Below are positions 61,161 through 64,000 of a stretch of DNA of 64,000 nucleotides, piece by piece. The stretch comes from Haliotis cracherodii (lineage: Eukaryota), in NCBI RefSeq assembly GCF_022045235.1, contig NW_027266308.1, positions 62,186,001 to 62,250,000 of the forward strand. The letters run 5' to 3'. The notes beneath the pieces were generated by a model. It worked only from the letters and a program-made list of their open reading frames with translations. It was not told the origin of the DNA and searched no databases. Position numbers and translations under genes: made by a program. Positions within the stretch are counted from its first letter, which is position 1; every line of letters begins with the position of its first letter.

Positions 61161-63693
61161 ATGGATGAAAGAACGCCACTTCTTGATGGGTCTGCAAACA
61201 GGCCTGATGTAAGGGGTATCCTACAGGATGGGGAGGGTGATCCCCTTTTGATCAGGGCGTCCACTGATGCTGAATTCGAAGGACATATCATTGCTGATGT
61301 TGAAGTGAGGGTGAATGCAAGACCAAAGTCTGCTCCACCTTTGAGACGAACCCTCATTGTTAACGACGATGAAGACACAAAATCTGCACAGAGACATAGA
61401 CCAAAGACAAGTCTAGGCGACCAAGAGGAGATGGATGACGATGATTGGGTAGGCTGGGCCCTCAACAGGCAGAAGAGTAGGAACAATGAGGATGAGGAGT
61501 TCCTCAACAAAGACACCAATAGGAAGGAGGATTCTCCCAAGACTCAGGTTGTAAACCTGATTCTTATGAACATCATCCTTATCATCTGGTATATAGCCAT
61601 CCATATCCACGGTCCGGCATGGAGTCAGTATTTCTTCCATAGGTTGGAAGAAGAAGTGTTTGGGAATACGTCGCGTTCTTCTGACGGCAACAATTCGAGC
61701 TACGACGCATCTTACTGTGAAAACCCATCACTCAACGCTTCAGGTTCAAACGGGACAAACTCCCTACAAGAAAAGGCCGAACAGCTCCAGACGACATGGA
61801 GCATAAGATTTACAGTCACAGGATGTCCTATTAGTCTTGTGAGTACGGTCCTCTTTAGTGCCTATTCGGATTACTTTGGTCGAAAAGTGTTGTTTTTAAT
61901 TCCAATGATTGGCACGCTACTCAATTTTGCCCTGACAACCGCCGTCATTCATTGGTCATTAAGCTTTTACATTTTATTCATAGGCTCTGTAATAGGCTCG
62001 ATTTGTAGTTATGAAGTATTCACTATTGCATGCTTGGCTTACATCGCTGACAATACGTCCCCTGAGGGTTCACGGACCACTGGCTTAGTTGTAATGGGAA
62101 TAACACAGACTTTGACCAATGCAGCCTTGTCGACTGGTGTTGGGTACTACATACAACTTGAAGGCTATTTCCTCCCATGTGTGACTTCGATCGCAATTGT
62201 GCTGCTTGCAGTGTTGGCTGTTGTGGTCATCCTGCCAGAAAGTAAAAAGACGCCATCGTCTTCAGTGTTGAGGAAACAGAAGAAGAAGGAGAGGAAGTTA
62301 CTTACTCCGTTAGGAGCCATAAAAAATGTTTTCGGTTTTTACTTTACCGAAGGTACTGTGAAAACTAGAATAATGTACTCAATTCTTTTGTTGGCAATGG
62401 CTTTTCACAAAATTGCATCGAAAACTGGTAGCATCGGTTCGTTATGGGAGATGACCTGGCCTTTATGTTGGAGTCCGGAGATGATGGGTTACTATGGGAC
62501 CGGAGCCTCCATCTTTTCTCAACTGATAAAAATCCCTCTTCTGAAGCTGTATCAGTGCTGCTTCAACGACGTGCTCATCGCCATCTGGAGCAACCTCGCC
62601 GTAGTTGGAGCCAATATTCTGAAGGCATTTGCTACCAACAACTTCTTGATGTACGGGGGTAAGCAGCACATTTCTTGGATTTAACTAGCTTTCCAGACTC
62701 CTTATAGATTCCCGAACATTCGAACAGACTCGGTTTAGCTTGAGAAGTGAAGTGTTATTTGATCGACCGATTTTCATGGTTATTAAAAATCAGGTGTACA
62801 ATCTGATATTTAAGGTTCTTATTGACTGTGTTTTGGAACGTGATTGTCACGTGTACTTGTGCGAGTTATTTTTTTATAAGGAAAGAAAGTCTGACTGCAT
62901 GCTCGTCCACGAATACCCTCGCTGCGACTCATAATAGTGAAGAACAAAGAAATCCACTTGCAAATTGGGCATACATACGCTCATGTCACCTCTCCTTTTG
63001 AGGAACTATTTTATTCCGCGATACAGGTTGTTGTTGTGTGGCTGTCAGAGTACACATTAATGTACACATACTAAATACAATTGTGTGTACATTCTTCGAG
63101 GTACAAAATAGTGAGTTAATTGGCACTTTCATAGATTGAGGACCAAACTTTAGCATGTGATCCAAAGTGAAATAAAGCGACAAAACCCCTTCCATATCCA
63201 ATAATAATTTCTGTATAAAACAAAGTCCTCGATTGCACGATTCCGACTATATCATGAGCATGTGTTTATGAATCACTATCAAACAGTAATGATACCAGGT
63301 GTCCGCGAAAAGGTGAGCGTATCCTGCCCCGGTGGCACCTGTTACAAACACATGCAAAGGCACGTCAACTGTTCACCTAAAAGAAACACGGGAACATATA
63401 GTACAAATCAAATTAGGGGAAAAGGGACTAACATTTTTTAATAAACATTTGTATTTCCTGAATGTGAACTGACGAAAAACTTCGTTAAATTCTTCGAGTG
63501 AGTTCTCCGTCTGATGTGTATTGTATAGTTTCCATTGCAAAACTATATGCGCACATTTGACAGTAATCTCATATAATAGGATGTTTATTAAATGTTAGTT
63601 ACTTTTCAGTTGCAGCCGTCGGATCTTTTGATGTAGCTCTAATCTCCGCAATCCAGTCTATCATGTCAGCAATGGCCGGTCCTGACCGTCAAG
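61161..63693 (+). CDS. SLC46A/PCFT-like MFS transporter, copy 2: exon 61161-62658 plus 84-nt exon 63610-63693; gene continues beyond the window
   Basis: 1498-nt exon, ~94% aa identical to copy 1, same donor G|gtaagc. Next exon ttttcag|TTGCAGCC...CAAG|gtaaaa encodes VAAVGSFDVALISAIQSIMSAMAGPDRQG in the correct phase. Confidence 0.88.
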
Positions 63694-64000
63694 GTAAAAC
63701 TTGGATATTTTATCACACGCTAGGGCAAACTAGGTATTTAGATCACACGTCAGTGTGGCGCTAGATTGGTTGATCACATGCCAGGGTAAGGCTAGATTGG
63801 TTGATCATTTGGATTGGTTGATCACTTGTCTGGGCTACACGTAAATTGTTTTATCACATGTTAGAATAACACTGATGAGTTTTCCCACGTGATGTCACGC
63901 TTAGGAACGTTATGACATTTGTTTCCTTACGACAACCTGTATAACCGTACTTGACAATATACTTTGCATTGAACTAACACTTGTGAAATATTTAAGCTAG

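Overview
Repeat-rich eukaryotic genomic DNA. The SINE repertoire and gene sequences look molluscan, probably a gastropod such as abalone (an impression, not proven). Gene content: an 11-exon EEF1G (minus strand, 8266-19246) head-to-head with a 6-exon calcineurin B gene (plus, 19390-28043), a 7-exon JKAMP (minus, 34612-41445), and an SLC46A/PCFT-like MFS transporter. The transporter's 1498-nt first coding exon occurs twice (48966 and 61161), but only one downstream exon is visible (63610). Mobile DNA: three tRNA/SINE-type families, MITEs, a LINE remnant, Penelope-like hammerhead remnants, a gag-less DIRS retrotransposon with ITRs and ICR nested in a decayed Tc1, and a second defective Tc1. An N-gap lies at 58919-59107. 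The most interesting non-obvious signals are: (1) two amplified families of intronic H/ACA snoRNAs in EEF1G, one with a compensatory base change and a pocket complementary to the 5.8S rRNA GGA-U-C-ACUCGGC motif; (2) a possible variable-first-exon/shared-3'-exon SLC46 locus; (3) JKAMP minisatellites built from its own splice donor and acceptor; (4) a structured RNA region with long-range pairing in calcineurin B intron 4. All exon coordinates were read by hand from GT-AG junctions and phase; no database searches were run.
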